From: Alphaproteobacteria bacterium
GTDB lineage: Bacteria; Pseudomonadota; Alphaproteobacteria; Bin95
Length of the DNA stretch: 64,000 bases
NCBI GenBank assembly: GCA_963665325.3
Contig: OZ224045.1
Span: 896,001-960,000 of the forward strand
Direction of reading: 5' to 3'
Part shown: positions 17,520 through 26,515 of the stretch, piece after piece
Position numbering within the stretch: position 1 is the stretch's first letter
Layout: each line of letters begins with the position of its first letter
Notes under the pieces: generated by a model
What the model saw: only the letters and a program-made list of their open reading frames with translations
The model's database searches: none
Told to the model about the DNA's origin: nothing
Position numbers and translations under genes: made by a program

Positions 17520-17819
17520 TCTTCGTATTCGTTACTTGGGCAGATCGGCTAATTGCAGTCTGCGGTCGGGTTCTGTAGTCAAGCAGCATACTAAGATCCA
17601 CGCTGGGGCAGGATCATGCTTCTGTATACGGTTAGCCCGGTGGCCGCCGGTAGCTTGGGTCAAGCGCGGGGGGGCGGGTCAATCCAGCGGTCGGGCTCAC
17701 GAGGTGGCTCAGCAATTTTCTCGACCTCACCCATTTCGGTTTTCCCTGGCCTCGGGACATCTGCTACGCGGGTTCTTCTAAGTGATCGCTCGCAGCTGCC
17801 TTTTGCTCGCCGGGGGGCG

Positions 17820-17907
17820 GCGGAAGACGTGATGGCCCGTCCATATCCTGTGAAGCATGATCGCCAGCTTCGTGGTGACCGCGAATACGGCTCTCTTCTG
17901 TCGCCGG
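17820..17907 (-). pseudogene. Degenerate IS110-family transposase C-terminus
   Basis: Manual translation RRQKRAVFAVTTKLAIMLHRIWTGHHVFR resembles the IS110 AVARKLAVILHRMW motif. Confidence 0.5.
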
Positions 17908-18599
17908 CGCCGCGCTACGCGAATTCCGCAGCTCTTGTGGACCGATGGCCTGGCGCGGTGCCCGGAACCACCCCAAGCTTGTGTCCCGGCCGCAAAGCGG
18001 GAGCGGTCGCTGTCTCGGATCGGTGCACCCCGCGCCCCCTACGGGCGCGCGGGGTGGCCGCAGTTCGTCTCCCGGCCCCAAAGTCGGAGCGGTTGTCGTC
18101 CTCGGTCTTACGGGGGATCGCAACAGCGCGGCGGACGTCCTGATCCATCGGGCGTCTCGGCGGGTCGTGGATTGCTTCGGTTCTGCGGGCACCTGATGAA
18201 TGAACGCCGACCGGTCATCAAATCGAATGCGGGTGTTTTCAATACCGGGACTTGGGCGGGCGACACATGGCGCTGAAACACCATTTTGGCGCGCGGGGGC
18301 AAGGTCCAGGCTGCTATCGGCAGCAATTCAGCGGAGCGGCATCCAGCCGCCACAGGAAATCGCTCCGGACTCGCTGACCGCAAGCAGGCCCTCCGGAAGA
18401 GCATGGGGGCGGCGACAACGGTGTTGCGGTACGCACTGGAACGCAGCGCCTCGAATTCCCATATCGACGATAGTGAGCATGCGGCCGGCCGACCGCATGC
18501 GGCTGGCGCTGGACGGCTCGCGCGTCTTCCGGCTCGGGCAGCGGCGCAGCCTGGCGGCGTCGCTGGGAGGCAGTTTCGTCCGCGACGGAGGGGACGGCG

Positions 18600-18841
18600 G
18601 TGCGGGGACGGGCGTTGGGCTCGCCGCGTCGATGCGCCACGCATCGCCGGGACACGCGATATACGCCAGCGTGGATCTGTTCGACGGCGGGCGCGAATAC
18701 ACGATCGGCTGGCGGATGGAGCCGGCCCGCCGCACCGTGCCGGGTCTCCGCCTGGGCCTCCAGGCGGCGCGGCGCGAGCATACGGCCGCATACGGGGACA
18801 CGGAGTACGCGATCCGTCTCGGCGCGATCGTGACCTGGTAG
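18600..18841 (+). pseudogene. C-terminal relic of an autotransporter-like beta-barrel
   Basis: GREYTIGWRM...LGLQAARRE...EYAIRLGAIVTW, ending in W and resembling the C-terminus of the 49930-53496 protein. Confidence 0.5.
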
Positions 18842-18889
18842 GCGGCAGGCCGGGCCGCGCAGCTTCGGAGCGGCATGGCGCGGCTCGCT

Positions 18890-19420
18890 CCGGGCACCCG
18901 CTCCGGGTCGACGGGCGCGCGCTCGGCGGGATCGACGACCAGCACGAGCGCGCCGACGCCGCCCGGGCCGGATTCGACGCCCTCGCCGTGCACCGGGCTG
19001 ACATGCACGACCAGCCGGGACCGGGCCTCCGGGCGGCCGAGCGGCATCGAACCGCCGACGCCGGGCCCGTCGCGGGACGGCAGGGCGCGCGCGATCAGCC
19101 GCTGGAGCGCCGCATCCTCCCCGGGCAGCGCGGCGCGCAGGCGGCCGCCCTCGTCCCGGAGCCCGTCGCCCCGGCGCAGCAGCGCCAGGGCACGGTCGTT
19201 GGCCGCCACCACCCGGCCGCGGCGGTCGAGCCGGACGACGCCGGCGCGGACGTTGTCGAGCAGGTCGAGCAGCGAGGCGCCGAGCGCCCCGCTCTCGAGC
19301 AGCGCGTGCCTGACAGCCACGAAGTGGCGCAGATGCGGCAGCAGCCGCTCGATCGTCCCGACCCGCTCGGACGTCCAGCCGTCCCGGTCGACGGGGTCGC
19401 CGATCTCCGCCACGACGGAA
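18890..19420 (-). pseudogene. Internal fragment of a PAS/LuxR-type regulator
   Basis: LLPHLRHFV, VVRLDRRGRVVAANDRA, LVLVVDP; N-terminus and HTH missing. Confidence 0.55.
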
Positions 19421-19531
19421 TGGCTTTCCCCGCGCCGTGGAACTGCCTGTCCATGGTCCGGTTGGCGGCCCGTCCCGCGGTCGGCGAAGGTCGTGCGGGG
19501 TCGGCCCGGGCGGATGGACAGGGAAACGGCC

Positions 19532-19922
19532 ATGACGCGAAAGCCAGCAACCGGATTCACCGGACGGCAGCGGCCGGGGCTCGCCCTGCCGGTCGATTTG
19601 GACCGGTCCCTTCGTATGCTGGACGACGATGGGCTCGACCGGCTCGCGAAGGCCGTGGCCGAAGGTCCGGCGGCGGGGCCGTGGCCTGCCCGGTGGGTCG
19701 TCCGCGTCAGGGCGGAAGACCGAAATGCCCGGCACGGCAAGGCCGGCAAAGGCGAAACCGGCAACAGCCGGCGGCGCCGCTTCGGTGACACCGGGACAGG
19801 AGCGTCCGATCCTCGCCGCCTTCGAGGCCGGCCCGACCCCGGCGGCGATCGCAAGGGAATTCCGCCTCGCACGGGCAACCGTGCAGCAGGTTGTCGCTGC
19901 CGCCCGGCGCGGTCGCCCGTGA
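19532..19922 (+). pseudogene. Frameshifted small HTH protein
   Basis: MTRKP...LPVDLDRSLRMLDDDGLDRLAKAVAE continues in another frame to ILAAFEAGPTPAAIAREFRLARATVQQV. Confidence 0.4.
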
Positions 19923-19998
19923 GGCGGAGCGGCAGTTAGCCAGGCGTTGGCGGCAGAACGGTTGAGCCTCGCGAACGAAAGCGACTACAAGGCGCACC

Positions 19999-20892
19999 AT
20001 GGGTTCCGTTGCCGACAAAATGGCGAAGAAGATCGCCGCGTCCCGCGGATCGAAGGTTGTCGATCTGGCGAACTGGCGGGAGGGCAGGGAGATGGCCCTC
20101 GAAGCCGGTTTGGACGGCGAGGGTCCGATTCCGGCGAAGTTCGCGGACCATGACCCCTGCCACGGGATCTACGCTTTGACGCAGAACATCGCCTCCCTCA
20201 TGTCGGAATCCATGTCCACGATGAAAGAGGCGAAGGGCTTCGTCAGGATCGCCGGCGAGGCCGAGGACGAATACATGCCGTCCGGGCCGCCGATGAGCCC
20301 GCTGACGGTCAGCTACTTCACCATGTGGGCGCTGTTCGACGTCCGGTTCGGGAGCAGCCGGGAGACCATGGGCAGCTGCATCCTGCGCATCGCCCCTGAG
20401 TTCGACTCCCCGTCCTGGCTGACGGACACCGTCGGGCTGATGCAGCGGTCACGGATGGGCTTCTACGTACACTGCGGCAGCGAGGACGACGGCGTTCTGC
20501 TGCGCGAGGTCGGCACCCGGGAAATCGTGTCCTGTACGGTTCCGGCCGGCTATGCCGGCAGCAAGGGCCAGGTCTGGTTCGTGCGCGTGCTGCCGCCGCC
20601 GCATCCCTTGTGCCGCCGGCATGTGGTGTTCAACACGCCCTACGTCATCCGGGACTGGCCCGAAGAGGCCTTTGTCGACTATCTGGAGCGCGAGCTCGCG
20701 CGGATGAAGGCGCAGAAGAGACCGCCCCGGACGGATGACCTGCACGGTCATCTGATGAAGTACGGTCCGGAGCCGAACCACTGGAACGAATTCATCTTCA
20801 GCGCCTATTCGGGGCACCGGCAGGAGGCGATCTTTCTGACCGGTATCCCCGATATCCGGGAGAGTCTTCCCCACGCCTCGGCCGATCGGTAG
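19999..20892 (+). CDS. Hypothetical protein
   Basis: 297-aa ORF with normal protein composition (YMPSGPPMSPLTVSYF); no recognised motif. Confidence 0.75.
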   Translation: MGSVADKMAKKIAASRGSKVVDLANWREGREMALEAGLDGEGPIPAKFADHDPCHGIYALTQNIASLMSESMSTMKEAKGFVRIAGEAEDEYMPSGPPMSPLTVSYFTMWALFDVRFGSSRETMGSCILRIAPEFDSPSWLTDTVGLMQRSRMGFYVHCGSEDDGVLLREVGTREIVSCTVPAGYAGSKGQVWFVRVLPPPHPLCRRHVVFNTPYVIRDWPEEAFVDYLERELARMKAQKRPPRTDDLHGHLMKYGPEPNHWNEFIFSAYSGHRQEAIFLTGIPDIRESLPHASADR

Positions 20893-20935
20893 TTCAACAA
20901 TCGCGCATCGGCGCCGCAACGACAGGAAACCGGAG

Positions 20936-21700
20936 ATGAGCTTCAGCTGCGCGGACAACGAGCGGCTCAACGATGCGCTCGTGGCTATGGCGGAGGGCAA
21001 GTACGATGCGCTGGTTGCCGCCTATGCCGCCAGGCGCTTCGAGAACGAAGCCGCGCGGACGTTCGCAAGCCGGGGTTTCCCCCGCCGGCTCGAACTCATG
21101 AAGCAGTGCCTCCTCGGATCGATGGAGCCGTTTCCGCCGCGTATCTCCTGGGCCCCCAGCCGGTTCGACATTCTCGACGCGGCGATCCATCTCCAGGCAT
21201 TCGCGGTAAACGCGCGAGGCTGCATCGACAATCTCGCTCATGTCTGGGTCCGGGAGAAGGAGCTGACGGGAGAGGACGACGCGCCGCTCGCGGACGCGGA
21301 AGTGGGGTTCGCGCCGGGCAACGAGGCCGTGCTCGACTCGCTCTCACCGGAATTCGCGGGCTACCTGAGAGACCTCGGTCCGTGGTTCGAGTATCTCGGG
21401 CGCTTCCTGCATGCGCTTGAGCATCGTGTGCCGCTCTACGTGCCGGGGGACACGGTTTCGCAGGAGACGCTGCGGACATTCGAGGAGATGGGCGGGCGGA
21501 TCGGGGACGCCGAGCTCCGCGGCGACCGTGAAGAGGCCGACAGGCTGACGCGCGAGCGGAGCGCGCTGGTTTCGTTCTTCCCGATCGTGGAACATGCGTT
21601 CGGCGAAGACGCGAAGAAAGGGGTCTTTCAGTTTCAGATGATGACGGACTTCGAGACCGTCGTGGAAATCGCCCAAAGACTGCTGCTGGAATTGGACTGA
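20936..21700 (+). CDS. Hypothetical protein, possibly a degenerate Cthe_2314-like HEPN
   Basis: GGAG RBS; helical; IHLQAFAVNARGCIDNLAHVW and RFLHALEHRVPLY. Confidence 0.55.
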   Translation: MSFSCADNERLNDALVAMAEGKYDALVAAYAARRFENEAARTFASRGFPRRLELMKQCLLGSMEPFPPRISWAPSRFDILDAAIHLQAFAVNARGCIDNLAHVWVREKELTGEDDAPLADAEVGFAPGNEAVLDSLSPEFAGYLRDLGPWFEYLGRFLHALEHRVPLYVPGDTVSQETLRTFEEMGGRIGDAELRGDREEADRLTRERSALVSFFPIVEHAFGEDAKKGVFQFQMMTDFETVVEIAQRLLLELD

Positions 21701-22109
21701 GGCGGCGACATGCGCCTTGCCGAATGATTGGGGGTCGATGTTGAATGCCGATCGACAGATCGGGCGGCGATTTCGGTGTCGCCCGGCAGGCGAACCTGCG
21801 GCCACAGCGGCTGGAACCGCCTCCGAAGAGGTGAAATGGAGCCCGCATCGCGCGGAGCGCGCTCCTGCGGCGTAAGGAATGCGCTCGATCCCGATGCCGG
21901 CTGTTTCGGCTCAGGGAACGCCGCCGCAATCTGCCGGCAATTCGATGCGGCGGTGTGTCTCGGCAATCGCTCGATCGGGTCGATTCGTGGTACGGGTTCT
22001 CCATGATTCGCCGGGCTGTGGATAGCGGGTCTCTTCGTCAACCGGACGATGGCGCGGGTTCGGCTTCGACTGTCGGGGGCCGGCGGCGAAAGGCGCCGGG
22101 AAGGCGGGT

Positions 22110-22449
22110 TGCATCGGACCTCGACATGGTTCTTGAGGCAGCGCTCCGCGAGATCGGCGACGGTGGGCGCGGGCGCCGGCGTCGGATCCTCGCCCCGCTT
22201 GATCCGGTCGATGACGAGGGCCGCCTCGCGCCGGTGCTTGTCGACCGGCTCGTCGCCGACCCGCCCCAGGGTGATCCGTTTCAGGCCGGCCGGCCCCCGG
22301 GACTGGACGATGTAGAGCTTGCGTCCGGTGGTGTGGACCCGCACGCCGAAGCCGGCGAGGTCGGCGTCCCAGAAGATCGCGTCCTTGCCGTCGGCCTTGA
22401 GCCGTTCCACTATCCGCTTGGTCAGTCTGAGCGTGCTGCGCTTCGGCAT
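22110..22449 (-). pseudogene. Truncated tyrosine integrase (arm-DNA-binding domain only)
   Basis: LTKRIVERLKADGKDAIFWDADLAGFGVRV...GRKLYIVQ...RITLGR...GEDP...PTVADLAER; catalytic domain absent; AGGAGG RBS. Confidence 0.8.
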
Positions 22450-22655
22450 CGCCCCTCCTTCGGTCGGCCCGAATGTCAGTCATCAAACCGCACACGAGCG
22501 ACATCAAATTCTGGGGTCAATGTGGACGATGCGTGGCGTCGATGCAAGGGGCAGGAAGCCGGTGGAGGGACGATTATTGCCGATTTACCAACAGCTTACC
22601 ACGAATCCGTCTCCAAACGTCGAGGCGCGTCATTGTGTGTCTTCGATACCCCTTC

Positions 22656-22682
22656 TGTCCGGATTAAGTCCGGGCATGACGG
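22656..22682. repeat. REP-like palindrome, inverted relative to the one at 7315
   Basis: TGTCCGGATTAAGTCCGGGCATGACGG. Confidence 0.65.
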
Positions 22683-22731
22683 TGGGGAAGCAGCCGCGTA
22701 TCGAGGGACCGCGACGATGGGCGCCCGCCGA

Positions 22732-23223
22732 TCAGCCCCCCGCCGGGCGCCGGTAGAGCCGGTAGCGCCCCGGCGCGACGCCTTCCGGCAGCGGCTCTTC
22801 CGTCCAGCCGGGGAGCGGCATGGGCTGGTCGCTGGCGAGGATGGCGCCGGGGGTTGTCAGGCGGGGCAGGAGGGGGGCGAGCGCGGCGGCGAGCGCCAGC
22901 GAGGCCTGCTTGTCGCCGGTGCCGATGTCGGCGTGGACGAGGGCTGCGGGGGCGGGCAGGCGGACATGGGGCAGCGTGTCGAGGAAGTCGCCGGCGATGA
23001 GCCGGTCTTCGGGCGGCGTGCAGTCCGGGTGGGCGGCGGGCTGGCGCTCGAACACGAAGATATCCCTGTCGGCCAGGCGGGCGCGGAGATGGTCGTAGGT
23101 GCGCCCGTTGCCAAGCCCTAGCTCCAGCACCGGGCCGGGCACGCCCTCGACCAGCGACGCCGCCCGGTCGAGGCAGGCGCGCTGGGCCTCAAGGCGGCGG
23201 ATGGCGCTGTCGAGCCGGGTCAT
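22732..23223 (-). CDS. Small class I SAM-dependent methyltransferase
   Basis: MTRLDSAIRRLEAQ, VLELGLGNGRTYDHLR, LVHADIG. Confidence 0.85.
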   Translation of the reverse strand: MTRLDSAIRRLEAQRACLDRAASLVEGVPGPVLELGLGNGRTYDHLRARLADRDIFVFERQPAAHPDCTPPEDRLIAGDFLDTLPHVRLPAPAALVHADIGTGDKQASLALAAALAPLLPRLTTPGAILASDQPMPLPGWTEEPLPEGVAPGRYRLYRRPAGG

Positions 23224-23233
23224 GCCGGGGCGC

Positions 23234-23692
23234 TCATCCGGCGGCCAGCTGCGCGCGGGCTTCGCGGAGGTCGTGGGTGGTCTTGTCGAGGCGCTGGGCG
23301 AGCTCGCGCATGATCTCGACCGCCATTTGCGGGAACTCCGCCACCAGGCGGAAGAACAGCTCCTTGGAGATGCGCAGCGCCGTCATCGCCTCCGTGGTGC
23401 GCACGGTCGCGGTGCGCGGCACATCGATCAGGATGGCGATCTCGCCGATGATGTCGTTCCTGCCCAGGTCGGCGACCTTGAGCGGGCCCTGGGGTGTGTC
23501 GACCAGCACCTCGGCCGCGCCCTCCAGCACGATATAGGCGGCATCGCCGATGTCGCCCTCGGTCACCACAAGGTCGCCCGGCTCGAAGCGCACCCGCTCG
23601 CTGGTGAAGGCGAGCAGGCGCAGCTTCGACGCCTCGATGCGCTGGAACAGCGGGATGGCGCGGAGCGCCTCGACTTCCTCGTTGAGCGCCAT
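23234..23692 (-). CDS. Cyclic nucleotide-binding domain protein
   Basis: IPLF, EGDIGDAAYIVLEG, GEIAILIDVPRTATV. Confidence 0.9.
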   Translation of the reverse strand: MALNEEVEALRAIPLFQRIEASKLRLLAFTSERVRFEPGDLVVTEGDIGDAAYIVLEGAAEVLVDTPQGPLKVADLGRNDIIGEIAILIDVPRTATVRTTEAMTALRISKELFFRLVAEFPQMAVEIMRELAQRLDKTTHDLREARAQLAAG

Positions 23693-23708
23693 GGTCCGTT
23701 CCTCCTCC

Positions 23709-26357
23709 TTACTGCCGCAGGAGCCGGGCGAACGGGCCGCCGGCCCCGCTCAGCTCCTCCCAGCTCCCGTCCTCCACCGTGCGCCCCTCCTCGACCGTGA
23801 CGATGCGGGAGAAGCCTTCCGCCAGCTCCGGCGATTCCAGCACCCAGACGATGCCGCGCCCGGCCATCGCCGTGCGGGCCGCCAGGAAGAGCATCTCGCG
23901 CGCCACGCGCTCGACGCCGGCGGTCGCCATGTTGACCACCAGCAGCGCCGGGCGCTTGAGCAGCGCGCGGGCGAAGGCGAGCTTCTGGCGCTGGGTTGCG
24001 GTCAGCCGGCTGCCGCCGATGCCGACCTGGAAGGCGAGCCCCGCCTCCATCACGGCTTCGCGGATGCCTACCTCGTCGACGACCTCGCCGAGCAGCGCGC
24101 TCATCCTGGCCGCGCCCTGCGCCTGGCCGTGGCGGATGCGCCCGAACAGGATGTTGTCCTGGAGGCTCGCCTGCGCCGCATAGCGCTCCGCGTCGAAGAA
24201 CTCGACCGAGCCGCGGTCCGCCTCCGGCAGGCGCTCGCGGAACAGGCTGCGGGCCGTGAGCAGGTCGCGGCGGATGTCGTCGTCGATGAGGCCGAGCCTG
24301 TGGCGCTCCGGGATCAGCAGGAAGGGCAGGCCGAGCAGCCGCTCGCGCTCGTCGGCCTCCAGCCCCTCCAGCCCCAGCCGGTCGGCGCGCGCGGCGATGG
24401 TGCGGAACTCCGGCAGGTCGTCGGCCCCGATGAAGCTGAACTGCTGGAAGAGCTCGTGGCCGGGGTCGATGTCGGCGAACAGCTCCACCATGATCTTCGC
24501 CACCTGGAGGCCGATACCCTCCAGCCGGTCGAGCAGGCCGGCTTCCTCCAGCACGCTGCGCACGAAGGGATGGCCCGCAAGGTTCTCCAGCGCGAAGGCC
24601 GGGCCGATGGGCGCGCCGAACAGGAGGTTCTCCGCGAGCGTGGCGTTGACATTGTAGGCATCCGCGTCGAAGGGCTCGATCGGCGCGGCGGCGCCCGGCG
24701 CGTCGAGGCGGGAGCGGAGCGCGGCCCTTGCTTCCAGCACCCGTTCGGCAAGGCCCGCATGGGCGCCCGGGTTGAGCACGCCGCGCAGGCCGAGCGTGTA
24801 GAGGTCGTCGTCGAGGCCGACGGCCGCCAGCACCTCCACCATCCGGCGCACCATCTCCTGGCCGGGCGCGGCGCCGGCGGCCTCGTAGTCCACCCAGTCC
24901 GCGCCAATGTCGGCGTCGCTGTTGCCGGAGCGCCGGGCCTCGGCGGCCCGGGCGTCGCGGCGGGCGGCCGCTTCCGGGCCGGCGTCGGCAGGCCGGAGCG
25001 GCCGGTGGCGCAGGCCGAACAGCAGGTTCTCGCGCACGGTCGCGTTGAAGAGGCTGGCGTTCGGCCCGACATAGGCCGCCCCGCGCCCGAAGGCCGCCTG
25101 CGGCAGCTCTTCGAGCGCCGCGCCGTCCAGATGCGCGCGCCCGCCGGTGACGGTGGCGAGCCGGGCCGCGAGCAGGCCGAGCTCCTCCTTGCCGCCGCCG
25201 CTCGGGCCGACGATGGCGACATGCTCGTCGAGGCGGGCGGAGAAGGTGGCGCTGCGCACGGGCTGGGAAATCTCGTCCTCGGCATAGGCGGCGTTCTCGA
25301 AGGCGAGCCGGCTGTCCGGCGTCAGGGCGGGCAGGGGCTCGGGCTCCTCCACCTGCAGCGCCTCGTCGATCATGCCGGGCGGGTCGAACTGCTGCGCCAC
25401 CTGGTCGTATTTGATGCGCGCGTCGGCCTGCTGCTGGTAGTAGGCGAGCAGCTCCTTCCAGGGCGCGGACATGTCCTTGTAGGCGGCGAGCACGGCGACC
25501 ATGGCGCCGAAGCTGAGGCGGCCCTCGATGATCAGGTAGCCGCCGATCGCGTAGAAGAAGAAGGGGGTGAGCTGGGCCAGGAAGTTGTTGAGGAACTTGA
25601 TGAAGAACTTGCGCCGGAAGATCTCGTAGCGGATGTCGTATATGTCGCCGAGGCGGTGGGCGATGTCGGCGCGCAGCCGGTTGGAGCCGTCGTCGGCGTG
25701 GACGGCCTCGATGGTGGAGATCGACTCGCCGATCCGGTCCGACAGCCGGCGCACATGCTGCACCCGCTCCTTCGCCAACGCGGTCACCCGGCGCTGCAAC
25801 TTCGGGATCGCATACATCTGGAAGGGGTAGAGCGCGAGCGCGGCAAGGCCCAGAATGGGCTCCTGGATGAGCATGAAGGCGCCGATGGTGACCAGTATGC
25901 CGAGTTGATAGACCGGCTGGGCCAGCGCATCGCCCATGAAGCCGCCGAGCGGCTCGACCTCCTGCGTCACCATCGGGATGATCTCGCCCTGGCCGGTGCG
26001 CTTGAAGACCGGGAGCGGGAAGCGCAGCAGGCGCGAATAGAGGTCGTAGCGCAGGCGGCGCAGCAGCCGTTCGCCGAGCCGGCCCTTGCCGGTGTTGATG
26101 GCGAATTTGAACGCGCCGTTCAGAAGCACGAGGCCCAGAAAGGCGAAGCTCAGCACCATCAGATATTCGATCTGCCCGAGCTCCAGCCCGAGCAGCGACC
26201 GGGGGAAGCCTTCGCCGCCGATGGCGTCGTTGATGATCTGCTTGGGCAGTTCGAGCGAAACGTAGAGCACCGGGAAAGACGCCACGGTAAGCGCCAGCAG
26301 GAACAACTGCTGCGGCAGGCTGTGGCGGAACACGAAGCCGTAGATCGTCTTTTCCAT
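23709..26357 (-). CDS. Fused ABC transporter (TMD + atypical NBD with large insertion)
   Basis: N-terminal TM helices; GPSGGGKEE; LFNATVRENLLFG; GGSRLTATQRQKLAFARALLKRP. Confidence 0.85.
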   Translation of the reverse strand: MEKTIYGFVFRHSLPQQLFLLALTVASFPVLYVSLELPKQIINDAIGGEGFPRSLLGLELGQIEYLMVLSFAFLGLVLLNGAFKFAINTGKGRLGERLLRRLRYDLYSRLLRFPLPVFKRTGQGEIIPMVTQEVEPLGGFMGDALAQPVYQLGILVTIGAFMLIQEPILGLAALALYPFQMYAIPKLQRRVTALAKERVQHVRRLSDRIGESISTIEAVHADDGSNRLRADIAHRLGDIYDIRYEIFRRKFFIKFLNNFLAQLTPFFFYAIGGYLIIEGRLSFGAMVAVLAAYKDMSAPWKELLAYYQQQADARIKYDQVAQQFDPPGMIDEALQVEEPEPLPALTPDSRLAFENAAYAEDEISQPVRSATFSARLDEHVAIVGPSGGGKEELGLLAARLATVTGGRAHLDGAALEELPQAAFGRGAAYVGPNASLFNATVRENLLFGLRHRPLRPADAGPEAAARRDARAAEARRSGNSDADIGADWVDYEAAGAAPGQEMVRRMVEVLAAVGLDDDLYTLGLRGVLNPGAHAGLAERVLEARAALRSRLDAPGAAAPIEPFDADAYNVNATLAENLLFGAPIGPAFALENLAGHPFVRSVLEEAGLLDRLEGIGLQVAKIMVELFADIDPGHELFQQFSFIGADDLPEFRTIAARADRLGLEGLEADERERLLGLPFLLIPERHRLGLIDDDIRRDLLTARSLFRERLPEADRGSVEFFDAERYAAQASLQDNILFGRIRHGQAQGAARMSALLGEVVDEVGIREAVMEAGLAFQVGIGGSRLTATQRQKLAFARALLKRPALLVVNMATAGVERVAREMLFLAARTAMAGRGIVWVLESPELAEGFSRIVTVEEGRTVEDGSWEELSGAGGPFARLLRQ

Positions 26358-26515
26358 GCCGTGCGGCTCCCGCGCCTCGACAAACGCCCGTATCATGGGC
26401 CTATCGGGTGCAATTGAAAGTGCGGCCTCGGCGCACGACATTCAATGGAGCAGCGTTCCCGGAAGCCGCAACCCGCGCTTCCGCGCCGCGCCGGAGATAT
26501 GCGATAGTCGGTCCC

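Larger units (their letters stand above)
1195..22682. mobile_element. Accessory/defence island with nested IS elements and an integrase relic
   Basis: AT-richer genes, IS elements, pseudogenes and a truncated tyrosine integrase at the right end, between two converging housekeeping-type genes; boundaries approximate. Confidence 0.75.

Noticed and set aside
18286-19878. Several 300-516 aa overlapping ORFs
   Set aside because: Chimeric read-throughs across unrelated gene relics; only short segments look protein-like.
21634-22110. C-terminal half of the 271-aa integrase ORF
   Set aside because: After VEVRC the sequence is low-complexity read-through with no R-H-R-Y catalytic residues; treated as a truncation.
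23550-26417. 955-aa plus-strand ORF and similar long antisense ORFs (7630-9507, 39934-42483, 47130-48956, 56168-57916)
   Set aside because: Antisense shadows of well-supported genes in high-GC DNA, with no motifs.
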